Below, in pieces: positions 1 through 7,928 of a stretch of DNA of 32,000 nt. A program made the position numbers and the translations under genes. This DNA comes from an uncultured Acidobacteriota bacterium (GTDB lineage Bacteria > Acidobacteriota > Terriglobia > Acidiferrales > UBA7541), in the NCBI GenBank assembly GCA_963754275.1, contig CAVWFO010000003.1, positions 49,372 to 81,371 of the forward strand, given 5' to 3'. A model generated the notes under the pieces. That model ran no database searches and was not told where the DNA came from. It saw only the letters and a program-made list of their open reading frames with translations. Numbering within the stretch: position 1 is the first letter of the stretch; every line of letters starts with the position of its first letter.

Positions 1-923
1 GCGGTTGCGGCAGCCTGAAGTGCCAGCGTGACCGCACCTTGCGCGGAGAGAGCCGGCGCTGCGCCGGAGCCCGGCGGCGCGATCAACGGCTGCACCGGAG
101 CATTGCCCGCGGGGCGCTGCTTTTCTCCGATCGCGGCGGCGTAGAGGTTGCCGCTGGAATCGGTGAGCAGCGACGTGACTTCTTTCTTGTCCGTTTCGTA
201 AACGACGTATGCCGCGCCGGCTTTCGGAGGGCCTTGCGAACCGGATGCACGGGCAACTTCGATGCGCAGGATTAAGCCGTCCGGGTCGGTGCCGACGAGG
301 AGATTGCCCTTGGCGTCGAAGGCAAGCGAGCGGGCGTGTCGTTCGTCACTTTGATAAAAGAGCTGGCCTTTGCCGTCGGGAGTTACGGAGTAGATTTCGC
401 CTTTGTCTCCGGTGCCGACGAAGAGAGTGCCTTGCGCGTCCAGCGCGAGCGCCCAGATATATTTTGCCTTGGGATCGAAGAAGACGGACTTCTGCCCGTC
501 GGGCGTGACTTTATAAACTTTGCCGTCGGGCGATGTGCCGACGTAGAGATTATCGTGCGCGTCGAAAGCGATGGTTTGCGCGGACAGTTCGGGAGCTTCG
601 AACACCGTGGTGGGTTTGGCGGGATCGTCGAAGCGGAGGACTTTTGCGTCGGAGCCGCCGGCGGCATATACGCGGCCGCGCGAATCGGTGCGCAGCGCCC
701 AGAGGTACAGCAAATTGGGATCGGAGAAGGATGCGAATTGCGGCGCGGGGACGAGCTTACCGTCGCTGCGGATTGCTACGCCTTTGGCGGTGCCTTTTTC
801 GAAGTCCGAGTAGTCTGACTGCCGCCAGAAATGGGTGTGCTCGGCATAGACGATCGCCGGCGCGAGCAGTGCCGTCGTCAGAATGCCGCACCAGAGACAG
901 GTGGAGATGCTTCGCCGTGTCAT
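1..923 (-). CDS. Secreted beta-propeller repeat protein (NHL/SGL-like blades). Only the N-terminal part is present; the 3' end lies left of the window.
   Basis: Absent from the ORF track because it runs off the edge. My minus-strand translation from ATG 923 (AAGGAG at 934-939, 10 nt upstream) stays open to position 3. It begins MTRRSISTCLWCGILTTALLAPAIVYA (signal-peptide-like). About 40-aa repeats follow, of the type DxxGNLYVGTxPDGKVYKVTPDG / DAQGTLFVGTGDKGEIYSVTPDG / DAKGNLLVGTDPDGLILRIE. Confidence 0.6.
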   Translation of the reverse strand, partial: MTRRSISTCLWCGILTTALLAPAIVYAEHTHFWRQSDYSDFEKGTAKGVAIRSDGKLVPAPQFASFSDPNLLYLWALRTDSRGRVYAAGGSDAKVLRFDDPAKPTTVFEAPELSAQTIAFDAHDNLYVGTSPDGKVYKVTPDGQKSVFFDPKAKYIWALALDAQGTLFVGTGDKGEIYSVTPDGKGQLFYQSDERHARSLAFDAKGNLLVGTDPDGLILRIEVARASGSQGPPKAGAAYVVYETDKKEVTSLLTDSSGNLYAAAIGEKQRPAGNAPVQPLIAPPGSGAAPALSAQGAVTLALQAAAT

Positions 924-983
924 CGCTGCCAATCTCCTTCACTGCTGGAAATCTTTATCACCAGACGTCTTCAACGTCAGAGA

Positions 984-2810
984 TCACTTCACCGTAATCG
1001 TCAGCGTTCGTTCGCCGGAAATCACTTGATGCATGTCAACGGACCATTCACCCGCGGTGGACTGGTAGAGCAGGCGCACGCCGCCGGGGCTCTGACGCTG
1101 ATCCAGAACGTTGATTGCGGATGCCGGCGCATTGGGCATCACTTTGTCTTCGACCATCAGCGTGGGCGTGGGTTGCATCAGCGTGGCGTACAAACGGTCG
1201 TTCTGATGCTCGCGGTTCATCAGTTTGATTAGCTCTTCGAGGCCGGGTAGCTGGCCCCGGGAGCTGGCCGCGAGCGATTGCACGGTGCGGTTCACCGTGT
1301 CGGCGTCGCTGACGATGAGTTGCAGCGGACCGCGCGCGGCTTGCATGGGAATGGTGATGGGAAATTCCTGTACGAACGTTGAGCCGCGATAGGGCCGCAG
1401 CTGAACTTTCACGTTAACGGTCTGGCCCGGGTGCACTTCGTTGGCTTCGACCCAGGCATCGTCAATGGTAGCGGCGCGGCGCTCTGGCAGCGCGGTGACG
1501 CGCAAATGAATCGCGGCGACGTGCGGAGTTTCGTAAGGGTTGGAGTAAATTTCAGCAAAAATGCTTTGCACGTCGGTGGCGACGAAGAAACCGCCGGGCA
1601 CCGGGTTATCTGTCGGCGCGAATAAATCTTTCAACGTAACCGAAGTGTGACCTTTGATAGCGATCTCGCCGTCCAGTTGCAGCGTGGAACCTTCGCCGTA
1701 TGCGGTGTTGCCTACGATGCCGTTGTAAGTTGCGACAGCTACCAGCATGGGAGTGAGTTGCGGGCTTTCGATGATTTCAAAATGGAATTGTCTTTGCGCG
1801 GCGCCATTCACGAGAGTGACGTCCACGGGGATCATCGGCGGTCCGTCGCCCAGACGTCCGGCAATGGCGGTAACGCGATCTTGCGTGAGAGTTCCGATAG
1901 TGCCGCCGGTCGAGATGATTTTCGTGGAAGCCATGGCGGAAGCGAGCGTAGTGACCACATGCGCGCGCGCCAGCGGCATGGAGACGTTGCCAAATGAAAA
2001 TATAGGATGGCCGCAGGCAAGGATTTTGCCGTGGTTTACGGTGGTGACGGTGCAGCCGGGAGTGATCGAAAGATCGCCGCGAATCAATTCCACGCCCACC
2101 ATGTCGCCGGGTTTCAGTTGCGCGTCTTCGGGCGACGGAGCGGCGGTGCCTCCGGCCATCATTGTCATGCCCCAGGCGGAAAGCTGCTTGCTGAATTGCG
2201 CGATTGTTTCGGGGTACAAGCCCGTGGTGATGAGCGGCGTTTCGATAGGCACGAGAAATTGGTCGGCGCCGGCGCTGGTCTGGCGGGCGAAATTTTCGGG
2301 GAGGGGAATGCGCGCGGTGGAGGATGTGCTATCCGTGTTTGTGGGTTGCGCGCCAGCGCCGGAAGATTGCGGGGCCGCGTTCGCGGGAGGTTCCGGCGCA
2401 TTTTCCACCGCAAGCATATTTTCGATGGGAGTTACACCGCCGATCGCTTCTTTGGTGAATACGCCCAGTTTCAGCGAGAGTGCGCCCGCCAGTTTGCCGT
2501 CAAAATAGACCGGACTGCCGCTCATTCCGGCTACCACTCCGGTGTGTTCCACTTTTTCACCGAGCAGCTGGACGAGGATGACGTCCTGCTTGGGGCCGAT
2601 GGCGTTGTGCAGCACGCCGAGTACGACCAGGTCCACTTTTTCGATTTCGTCGCCGGTGAAAATCGTGTAGGCGACGCCTTTCATGCCGGGCTGCACCTGG
2701 CTGAGAGGAAAAATTGCGGGGATGTCGTCTGCTGTTGCTGGCGAAAGGCCAATTAGTAGTAGCAGAGCGGCGAGAAATGTGGGAAGTAATTTCCGGAGGG
2801 CCACGGGCAT
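984..2810 (-). CDS. Secreted S55 (SpoIVB-type) serine peptidase family protein
   Basis: ORF 984..2888. I moved the start to ATG 2810, where a signal peptide begins (MPVALRKLLPTFLAALLLLIGLSPATA). GVVAGMSGSPVYFDGKLAGA resembles the SpoIVB GMSGSPI serine motif. LGVLHN and ILACGHP resemble the GALGH histidine motif. Confidence 0.6.
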   Translation of the reverse strand: MPVALRKLLPTFLAALLLLIGLSPATADDIPAIFPLSQVQPGMKGVAYTIFTGDEIEKVDLVVLGVLHNAIGPKQDVILVQLLGEKVEHTGVVAGMSGSPVYFDGKLAGALSLKLGVFTKEAIGGVTPIENMLAVENAPEPPANAAPQSSGAGAQPTNTDSTSSTARIPLPENFARQTSAGADQFLVPIETPLITTGLYPETIAQFSKQLSAWGMTMMAGGTAAPSPEDAQLKPGDMVGVELIRGDLSITPGCTVTTVNHGKILACGHPIFSFGNVSMPLARAHVVTTLASAMASTKIISTGGTIGTLTQDRVTAIAGRLGDGPPMIPVDVTLVNGAAQRQFHFEIIESPQLTPMLVAVATYNGIVGNTAYGEGSTLQLDGEIAIKGHTSVTLKDLFAPTDNPVPGGFFVATDVQSIFAEIYSNPYETPHVAAIHLRVTALPERRAATIDDAWVEANEVHPGQTVNVKVQLRPYRGSTFVQEFPITIPMQAARGPLQLIVSDADTVNRTVQSLAASSRGQLPGLEELIKLMNREHQNDRLYATLMQPTPTLMVEDKVMPNAPASAINVLDQRQSPGGVRLLYQSTAGEWSVDMHQVISGERTLTITVK

Positions 2811-2819
2811 CAGAAGCTC

Positions 2820-2848
2820 ATGATACCTGCCGCATCCGGGGGAAGCAA
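2820..2848 (-). promoter_or_regulatory. Candidate sigma70-type promoter TTGCTT-17-TATCAT for the S55 peptidase gene; the -10 ends 9 nt before ATG 2810
   Basis: The reverse complement of 2843-2848 is TTGCTT and of 2820-2825 is TATCAT, with a 17-nt spacer. No Shine-Dalgarno lies between the -10 and the ATG. Confidence 0.35.
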
Positions 2849-2857
2849 ATCGCGCCA

Positions 2858-2866
2858 TGCTAGAAT
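2858..2866 (+). promoter_or_regulatory. Candidate extended -10 promoter (TGcTAGAAT) for aroA; the -10 ends 6 nt before ATG 2873
   Basis: TG at 2858-2859, TAGAAT at 2861-2866, ATG at 2873. No SD and no convincing -35. Confidence 0.35.
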
Positions 2867-2872
2867 CTTGCG

Positions 2873-4202
2873 ATGGCAAAAAAGACAATTTCTCCCGGCG
2901 GAAACGTCAGCGGAGTGGTGGAACTGCCGGGAGATAAATCCATTTCGCACCGTTACGCGATTCTGGCGGCGCTGGCGGAGGGTACGAGCGAGATTCGCAA
3001 TTATTCCCCCGCGGCGGATTGCGCCAGCACGCTGGAATGTGTGCGGCGGCTGGGGATTGCGGTGGATGCGAAGGGCGAGCACGTGCGGATCGCAGGGAAG
3101 GGGCTGGACGGGCTGAAAGCTCCGCGGCGCACTATTGATGCGGAAAATTCTGGCTCGACGATTCGCATGATGTCTGGCGTGCTGGCGGGGCAGAGTTTTA
3201 GTTCGACGATTACGGGCGATAGTTCGTTGCGCCGCAGGCCGATGCGCCGGGTGATTGATCCCCTACGGCAGATGGGCGCGGAAATACGCAGCAGCGATGG
3301 CGACCGCGCGCCGTCTGGAAATTCGCGGGGGAAAACTGCAGGCGATTGATTACACGCCGCCGGTGCCGAGCGCGCAGGTGAAATCGGCGATTCTGCTGGC
3401 GGGACTGTTCGCGCAGGGCGTGACGACTGTGCGTGAATCGGTACGGACACGGGATCATACGGAAGTTGCGCTGCGTGAATTTGGCGCGAATGTAACGTCG
3501 GCGAAAGGCGAAGTTCGCATCGAGCCACGTCCGAAATTGCAGCCGCGGCAATTGATTGTGCCGGGGGACCTATCGTCGGCGGTGTTTCTGATCGGCGCGG
3601 CGCTGGTGCTGCCGGAATCGTCGCTGATGCTGCACAACGTGGGATTGAATCCTACGCGTTCGCGGGTGCTGGATTTTCTGATTTCGATTGGGGCTGCGAT
3701 CAATCTGGCGTCAGTGCAATTGCGCGATGGAGAATTGATTGGCGACGTTTCGGTGCGGCACGCGCCGCTAATGGGCGGCAGCATTTGCGGCGAGCAAGTG
3801 GCGGAAATGATTGACGAACTGCCGATGATGGCGGCGCTCGGTCCTTTCACGGAAAAGGGAATTGAGATTCACGACGCGCAGGAATTGCGCGTGAAGGAAA
3901 GCGATCGCATCGCGGCGCTCGCGGAAGGTTTGCGGCAAATGGGCGCGCGCGTGGAGGAATTTCCAGACGGCATGCGCGTGGAGGGCCGAGGGGCCGGCGC
4001 GGCTACGAGCAAAATGCGCGGCGCGAAAGTTGATCCGCAGGGCGATCATCGGATCGCGATGGCGTTGGCTGTGGCGGCGCTGGGAGCGGAAGGAAATACG
4101 GTAATTCGCGACTCCGAATGCGTGGGTGTTTCGTTTCCGGATTTTTTCAAGACGCTGGAACGTTTGCGGGGCGGCGAAAATCAAGAAGACTTGCGCAAGT
4201 AG
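2873..4202 (+). pseudogene. aroA: 3-phosphoshikimate 1-carboxyvinyltransferase (EPSP synthase) split by a 1-nt frame disruption near 3314
   Basis: ORF 2873..3349 (KSISHRYAILAALAEG, ENSGSTIRMMSGVLAG, LRRRPMRRVIDPLRQMGAEI) and ORF 3255..4202 (LEIRGGKLQAIDYTPPVPSAQVKSAILLAGL ... ELRVKESDRIAA ... DHRIAMA) are the two halves of one AroA. Skipping t3314 joins ...DGDRAP to LEIRGGKL. Confidence 0.9.
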
Positions 4203-5539
4203 ATGGTGCCGTAGCTGGTGACGATTGAGATTTTCGGTCCCGATGTTCCGATTTTGCCGGTCAGGCTGCCCGTGCCATTGTCGTTCGCGGGCTTTAGGCT
4301 TGGCGCCTCGAAGTCGCTTTGAATATCGCCAGAGCGGGAGATGGCGGAAATTTCGAAGTTTGATTTCGCAGGCAGAGTTACATCCACTTCCCCTGTGCCA
4401 TTCGCGATGTTGATTTCCGCGCTGGGCGGTTGAGCGTATGTGACTTTGATGTCGCCGTGAGTTCCGGCGATGTCCAAGCGGCCCGCCACGTTTTCCACCT
4501 CGATGTCCTTGTCATGCGTGGCGAGTTTGGCGAAGCCGGCTACGTCCGACACGCTGATGTCTCCGGAATCGAGTTCGAGGCGCCCGGTGAGATGCGACAG
4601 GGTAAGATCGCCGGCTTGCGATGTGTAATGCGTGGTCTTGGAAACGTTGCGAATTCGCACAGGGCCGAAGAATTCGCCCTGCACGGTGGCGTCGCCGGCC
4701 ACATCGTTCATTTCGATTTCATTGCCGCGGCCGGTGATGCGGACGTTGCCGGAGATATCGTCAATGCGGGCGTCGCCTTTTGTCAGTTGCGCGGAAACGT
4801 CCGAGCCGACGTTATGCACGTCGACATCGCCGCTCTGGGTGCTGATGGTGACTGCGCCGGCGAGGCCGGAGATGGAAATGTCGCCGTGATGCGAATCGGC
4901 GGCGAGCGACGCGCTCTTGGGGAGGGTCACGTCGAAGTCCACGGTGACGCGACCGCCATCGGCTTCCTGATTTACGGGATGAACGCTGTAGCCGTCCCGG
5001 GTTTGTTCGATTACCACTTTCAGGGATTTTAGGAGTTCTTCAGCAGTTGATTCGTTCGAGGCTTCGGCTGTTTCCGTCACGCTCACGCGCAAATCATTGC
5101 CATCGCCGACATGGGCGACGATGCCACCCAGCGCCGTCGTCACGGTTACGTGCGCGCCAGCGGGAATAGTTTTCGGGGGGAGTTCTTCGCTTTGAGAGGA
5201 CTTGTGATTGAACATATCCAGGTCAATGTTCATGTCCGGATGTCGCTCGCGGATCTTCGTGTAGATTCCCATTCCCGCGAGAACGAAGACTACGAGGAGC
5301 AGCAGGGCAGCCTCACCGCCGGTGAGCAGCGGAGGGTGCGATTCGCCGGTTCGTTGCGCGCCGAAATGATCCACCAGCTTGGCGATGCCCCAAAGAATGA
5401 TCAGGACCGGCCAAAAGCGCCAGAAGAGGTGCCAGATTCCGAGGTCCGGATGGAAGCGGGCGAGAAGAAACAGGATTCCGAGAACGATGAGAAGCAAGCC
5501 GCTGAAAATTGAACTGCGTCGTGGTCCGCCGTTGGTCAC
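4181..5539 (-). CDS. LiaF-like membrane protein: N-terminal LiaF/DUF5668-type TM hairpins plus a C-terminal DUF4097-like beta-helix repeat domain
   Basis: ORF 452 aa with a GTG start and GAGG 5 nt upstream. The N-terminus is SGLLLIVLGILFLLARF...RFWPVLIILWGIAKL. The C-terminal half is made of ~17-20 aa periodic repeats (GDISISGLAGAVTIST, GDVDVHNVGSDVSAQL, GDARIDDISGNVRITG, GDISVSDVAGFAKLAT, GDIKVTY...). Confidence 0.65.
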   Translation of the reverse strand: MTNGGPRRSSIFSGLLLIVLGILFLLARFHPDLGIWHLFWRFWPVLIILWGIAKLVDHFGAQRTGESHPPLLTGGEAALLLLVVFVLAGMGIYTKIRERHPDMNIDLDMFNHKSSQSEELPPKTIPAGAHVTVTTALGGIVAHVGDGNDLRVSVTETAEASNESTAEELLKSLKVVIEQTRDGYSVHPVNQEADGGRVTVDFDVTLPKSASLAADSHHGDISISGLAGAVTISTQSGDVDVHNVGSDVSAQLTKGDARIDDISGNVRITGRGNEIEMNDVAGDATVQGEFFGPVRIRNVSKTTHYTSQAGDLTLSHLTGRLELDSGDISVSDVAGFAKLATHDKDIEVENVAGRLDIAGTHGDIKVTYAQPPSAEINIANGTGEVDVTLPAKSNFEISAISRSGDIQSDFEAPSLKPANDNGTGSLTGKIGTSGPKISIVTSYGTIYLRKSS

Positions 5540-5546
5540 GCGCGCC

Positions 5547-5762
5547 TCACGAGCCGAGATGACCTTCTTTGGAAGCGAGCGACTGCGCCGTCAGCACGAC
5601 GCCAGCGACGATCAGCAAGATCGGCCAAAGTTCCAAGAAACTGAAGCGCGTGTATTCGCCAATCAGGAAGAGAACTCCGACGGTGATGATCATCAGCGGG
5701 CCCATCAGGCCGCGGATTTTGCAGTGGAGGCAGCGGCATACCGGTTGAGTTGGGTCGCTCAT
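5547..5762 (-). CDS. Small (71 aa) membrane protein with a Cys/His-rich N-terminus and a DUF5668/LiaF-type TM hairpin
   Basis: Internal ATG 5762 of ORF 5547..5837. It is preceded by GGGGAGGG starting right after the upstream TAG stop. Sequence: MSDPTQPVCRCLHCKIRG..PLMIITVGVLFLIGEY..LWPILLIVAGVVL. Confidence 0.55.
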   Translation of the reverse strand: MSDPTQPVCRCLHCKIRGLMGPLMIITVGVLFLIGEYTRFSFLELWPILLIVAGVVLTAQSLASKEGHLGS

Positions 5763-5773
5763 TATGCCCTCCC

Positions 5774-6370
5774 CTAATTCTTCTGCAGACGATCTCGCAG
5801 GATCCATCCGCCAATGAGGATCAGGACCACTGGCCACGTCTTTCTAAGCCAATCCTGCTGCAACAGCCCGAAATTTCCGAGCAGAATCAGAACGCCAATG
5901 CCGATGAGGATGAAGGCGCCGATAGGTTTGCGGGCTGCTCCTCCATCAATCAAATTAGCAGGCTCGGGTTGTCCGTCGCGGCGGGCGCGAGCAGTGCGGT
6001 AGGCCTCGATGGGCATGTAACAATAAAAGCAGCCGAGAGCGATGCCTAGAAAGGCGGTGACGGAGTCTGGAAGATCGCTGCTGAGGGCTGCGATGAGTCC
6101 GGCGAAGATCAGCACGTGAATCAGCGCCTTCATGTACTGGCCGTTATAGACGGCGCCCAGGCCGGGAATGATGCCGAGCGTGGCGGCGAGACCGGGATTT
6201 ACTTCGGACTTGCCGGGTTCCAGCGCGGGCGGAGCTGAAAGCAATCCTGCCAGGCACTGCTCGCAGTAGAGCGCGCCGCGCACTTCGCGCGTACACTCCG
6301 GGCACAATGCCTTCCCGCAATTGCGGCAGAAACCGGTGGCTGGCACATCTGTGTGAACCGCGCAGTTCAT
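5774..6370 (-). CDS. B-box-type zinc-finger membrane protein with a C-terminal DUF5668/LiaF-type TM hairpin
   Basis: ATG 6370 overlaps the upstream stop (ATGA), with AGGAG 6 nt upstream. The N-terminus is MNCAVHTDVPATGFCRNCGKALCPECTREVRGALYCEQC. TM segments follow, then FILIGIGVLILLGNF...KTWPVVLILIGGWIL. Confidence 0.6.
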   Translation of the reverse strand: MNCAVHTDVPATGFCRNCGKALCPECTREVRGALYCEQCLAGLLSAPPALEPGKSEVNPGLAATLGIIPGLGAVYNGQYMKALIHVLIFAGLIAALSSDLPDSVTAFLGIALGCFYCYMPIEAYRTARARRDGQPEPANLIDGGAARKPIGAFILIGIGVLILLGNFGLLQQDWLRKTWPVVLILIGGWILRDRLQKN

Positions 6371-7083
6371 CGAGGACTCCTGGTCGTATCGGCGAGCATG
6401 ATCGCGGCAAAATTTCCGGCCCAATTGGTGTTCAGGAGAGACGCGAGCATGGTGCCGTTGCGCGCCTGGGTGTGACCGGGATGCGGCGAGGTCTGAGATT
6501 TCTCCTGCGGGTTCACGGACGGCGGCGTGGAATTCTGTTGCGGCGCGGGGGCCGGCGTGATGGACGGGGAAGGCTCGGCATCGGGCTGCAAGCGCGTTTG
6601 GATCTCATACACCACGCGGAGATCGTTCACGAATTTGGCGCTACGCGCGTAGGTGAGATGGACCTGGCGGTTGGCGGTGCGAAAAACGTTCGCGGGGCTG
6701 AGGTCGGCCCTCTTCAGTTTTGCCGGGGATAGGCCGGCGGTGTACAGGACGATCAATAGAGTGGCTGCGACGGTGGCGACGCCCATGGCGAAGCGCGGCT
6801 GCCACAGTTGCGGGATCCAGGCGAACCAACGACGCCATCCTGCGGACTGCGGACGCGGCCCCATGGTGCTATCAAGGATTTTTGAAATTAATTGCGGAGG
6901 AATTTCGAGGGGCTCGATCTTACGCATCTGCTGCACCAAGCCGCCGACTTGAGCGACCAATTTGCCGCACGGGTCGCAACCGCCCGAGTGCGCGGAGAAC
7001 GCTGCGGCTTCGGCGGGCGAAAGCGTTCCGTCGAGATAATCGCTCAGCCTTTCTTCGGTGCGTGCGCAGTTCCAGTCCGACAT
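6367..7083 (-). CDS. Anti-sigma factor, zf-HC2 (ZAS) type, single-pass membrane protein
   Basis: ATG 7083 with GGGAG 7 nt upstream. H-x3-C-x2-C motif (AHSGGCDPC), one TM segment (FAMGVATVAATLLIVLYTAGL) and a Pro-rich C-terminus. Sits immediately downstream of the ECF sigma gene. Confidence 0.75.
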   Translation of the reverse strand: MSDWNCARTEERLSDYLDGTLSPAEAAAFSAHSGGCDPCGKLVAQVGGLVQQMRKIEPLEIPPQLISKILDSTMGPRPQSAGWRRWFAWIPQLWQPRFAMGVATVAATLLIVLYTAGLSPAKLKRADLSPANVFRTANRQVHLTYARSAKFVNDLRVVYEIQTRLQPDAEPSPSITPAPAPQQNSTPPSVNPQEKSQTSPHPGHTQARNGTMLASLLNTNWAGNFAAIMLADTTRSPR

Positions 7084-7099
7084 GCTTTTACTCCCGCGG

Positions 7100-7672
7100 T
7101 CAATTCTGCGGCCGAAGCCCCATTTCTTCCAAGATGCGCGCCAGCTCGATGCGGCCACGATTGATTCTGGATTTTACCGTGCCTTCGGGCACTTCCAGGA
7201 CGCCTTGAATTTCGCTGTAATCCAGGCCCTGCAAATCGCGCAAGATTACCGCTTCGCGCAATTCCGGCGAGAGCCGCGAGAGGCCCTGCTGCAATTGCCC
7301 GCTCAATTCCGACGCGAGCGCCAGCTTGTCGGGAGTGCGCGCGGCGGATTGTTTATTCTCGAGCGTTGGCATTGCGTCCTCAATTGAATCCGTCAGCCGA
7401 TCGCGACGCGTGCGGCGGTAATGATCTACCAACAGATTTCGTGTGACGCTGGTGAGCCACGTCGGGAACGCGCCGTAAGCCGGCCGGTAACTCGCGAGTG
7501 TGCGGTAGATACGCAAGAAAACTTCCTGGCTCAGGTCTTCGGCTTCGGTCGAATTGCCGGTGAACCGGTAGCACAGATTGAAAACGCGCCGCGTGTGGCG
7601 CCGCACAAGTTCCTCCCAGGCCGGCCCTTCGCCCCGGAGGCATCCCTGCACCAGTTGGGCGTCGGGCTCCAA
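7100..7672 (-). CDS. ECF-family RNA polymerase sigma-70 factor
   Basis: 190 aa with a TTG start and GAGG 10 nt upstream. Region 2 reads VFNLCYRFTGNSTEAEDLSQEVFLRIYR...FPTWLTSVTRNLLVDHYRR. Region 4 reads LSPELREAVILRDLQGLDYSEIQGVLEVPEGTVKSRINRGR. Confidence 0.9.
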   Translation of the reverse strand: MEPDAQLVQGCLRGEGPAWEELVRRHTRRVFNLCYRFTGNSTEAEDLSQEVFLRIYRTLASYRPAYGAFPTWLTSVTRNLLVDHYRRTRRDRLTDSIEDAMPTLENKQSAARTPDKLALASELSGQLQQGLSRLSPELREAVILRDLQGLDYSEIQGVLEVPEGTVKSRINRGRIELARILEEMGLRPQN

Positions 7673-7719
7673 TCGTCTTTAGCCTCGCAGCTTGCATTCC
7701 CTTTCAGCCTCACAAGATG

Positions 7720-7747
7720 TAACGCAATCCTGGGCTAAAAAGTTCCC
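7720..7747 (-). promoter_or_regulatory. Candidate autoregulated ECF-type promoter GGGAAC-N17-CGTTA
   Basis: On the minus strand: GGGAAC (7747-7742), a 17-nt spacer, then CGTTA (7724-7720), about 48 nt upstream of the sigma start. This matches the general ECF pattern of an AAC-containing -35 and a CGT-containing -10. Confidence 0.5.
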
Positions 7748-7889
7748 GCGAGGCGGCGGTCCGTGATGTTGCCGGGACCGCGGCTTCGCGGAGACTTGCA
7801 TTGTGCCGCATCTTAGCGAGCATTGCGACGGGAACACAAGCGTTGTGATGGAATTTGCGCAGTGGGGTGAAACCAAAGCGAATGCTGCC

Positions 7890-7919
7890 TTGACACTCTT
7901 GGAAGCATGCTGTTACGGT
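7890..7919 (+). promoter_or_regulatory. Candidate promoter TTGACA-18-TACGGT; the -10 ends 9 nt before ATG 7929
   Basis: Perfect -35 TTGACA at 7890-7895, an 18-nt spacer and TACGGT at 7914-7919. No SD before the ATG. Confidence 0.35.
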
Positions 7920-7928
7920 GCGAAATCA

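Noticed and set aside
2811-2888. N-terminal ORF extensions in the track: 2888 for the peptidase, 7803 for UPF0104, 7158 for the anti-sigma, 6424 for the B-box protein, 5837 for the small protein, 30190 for DUF72 and 30315 for HPF.
   Set aside because: The internal starts coincide with SDs, ATGA couplings, signal peptides or family N-termini. The extensions overlap upstream genes or promoters and encode implausible sequence.
3308-3320. Programmed +1/-1 ribosomal frameshifting in aroA (and in hpnA)
   Set aside because: There is no slippery heptamer, no downstream structure and no known precedent for these families. A simple indel, real or artefactual, is the more economical explanation.
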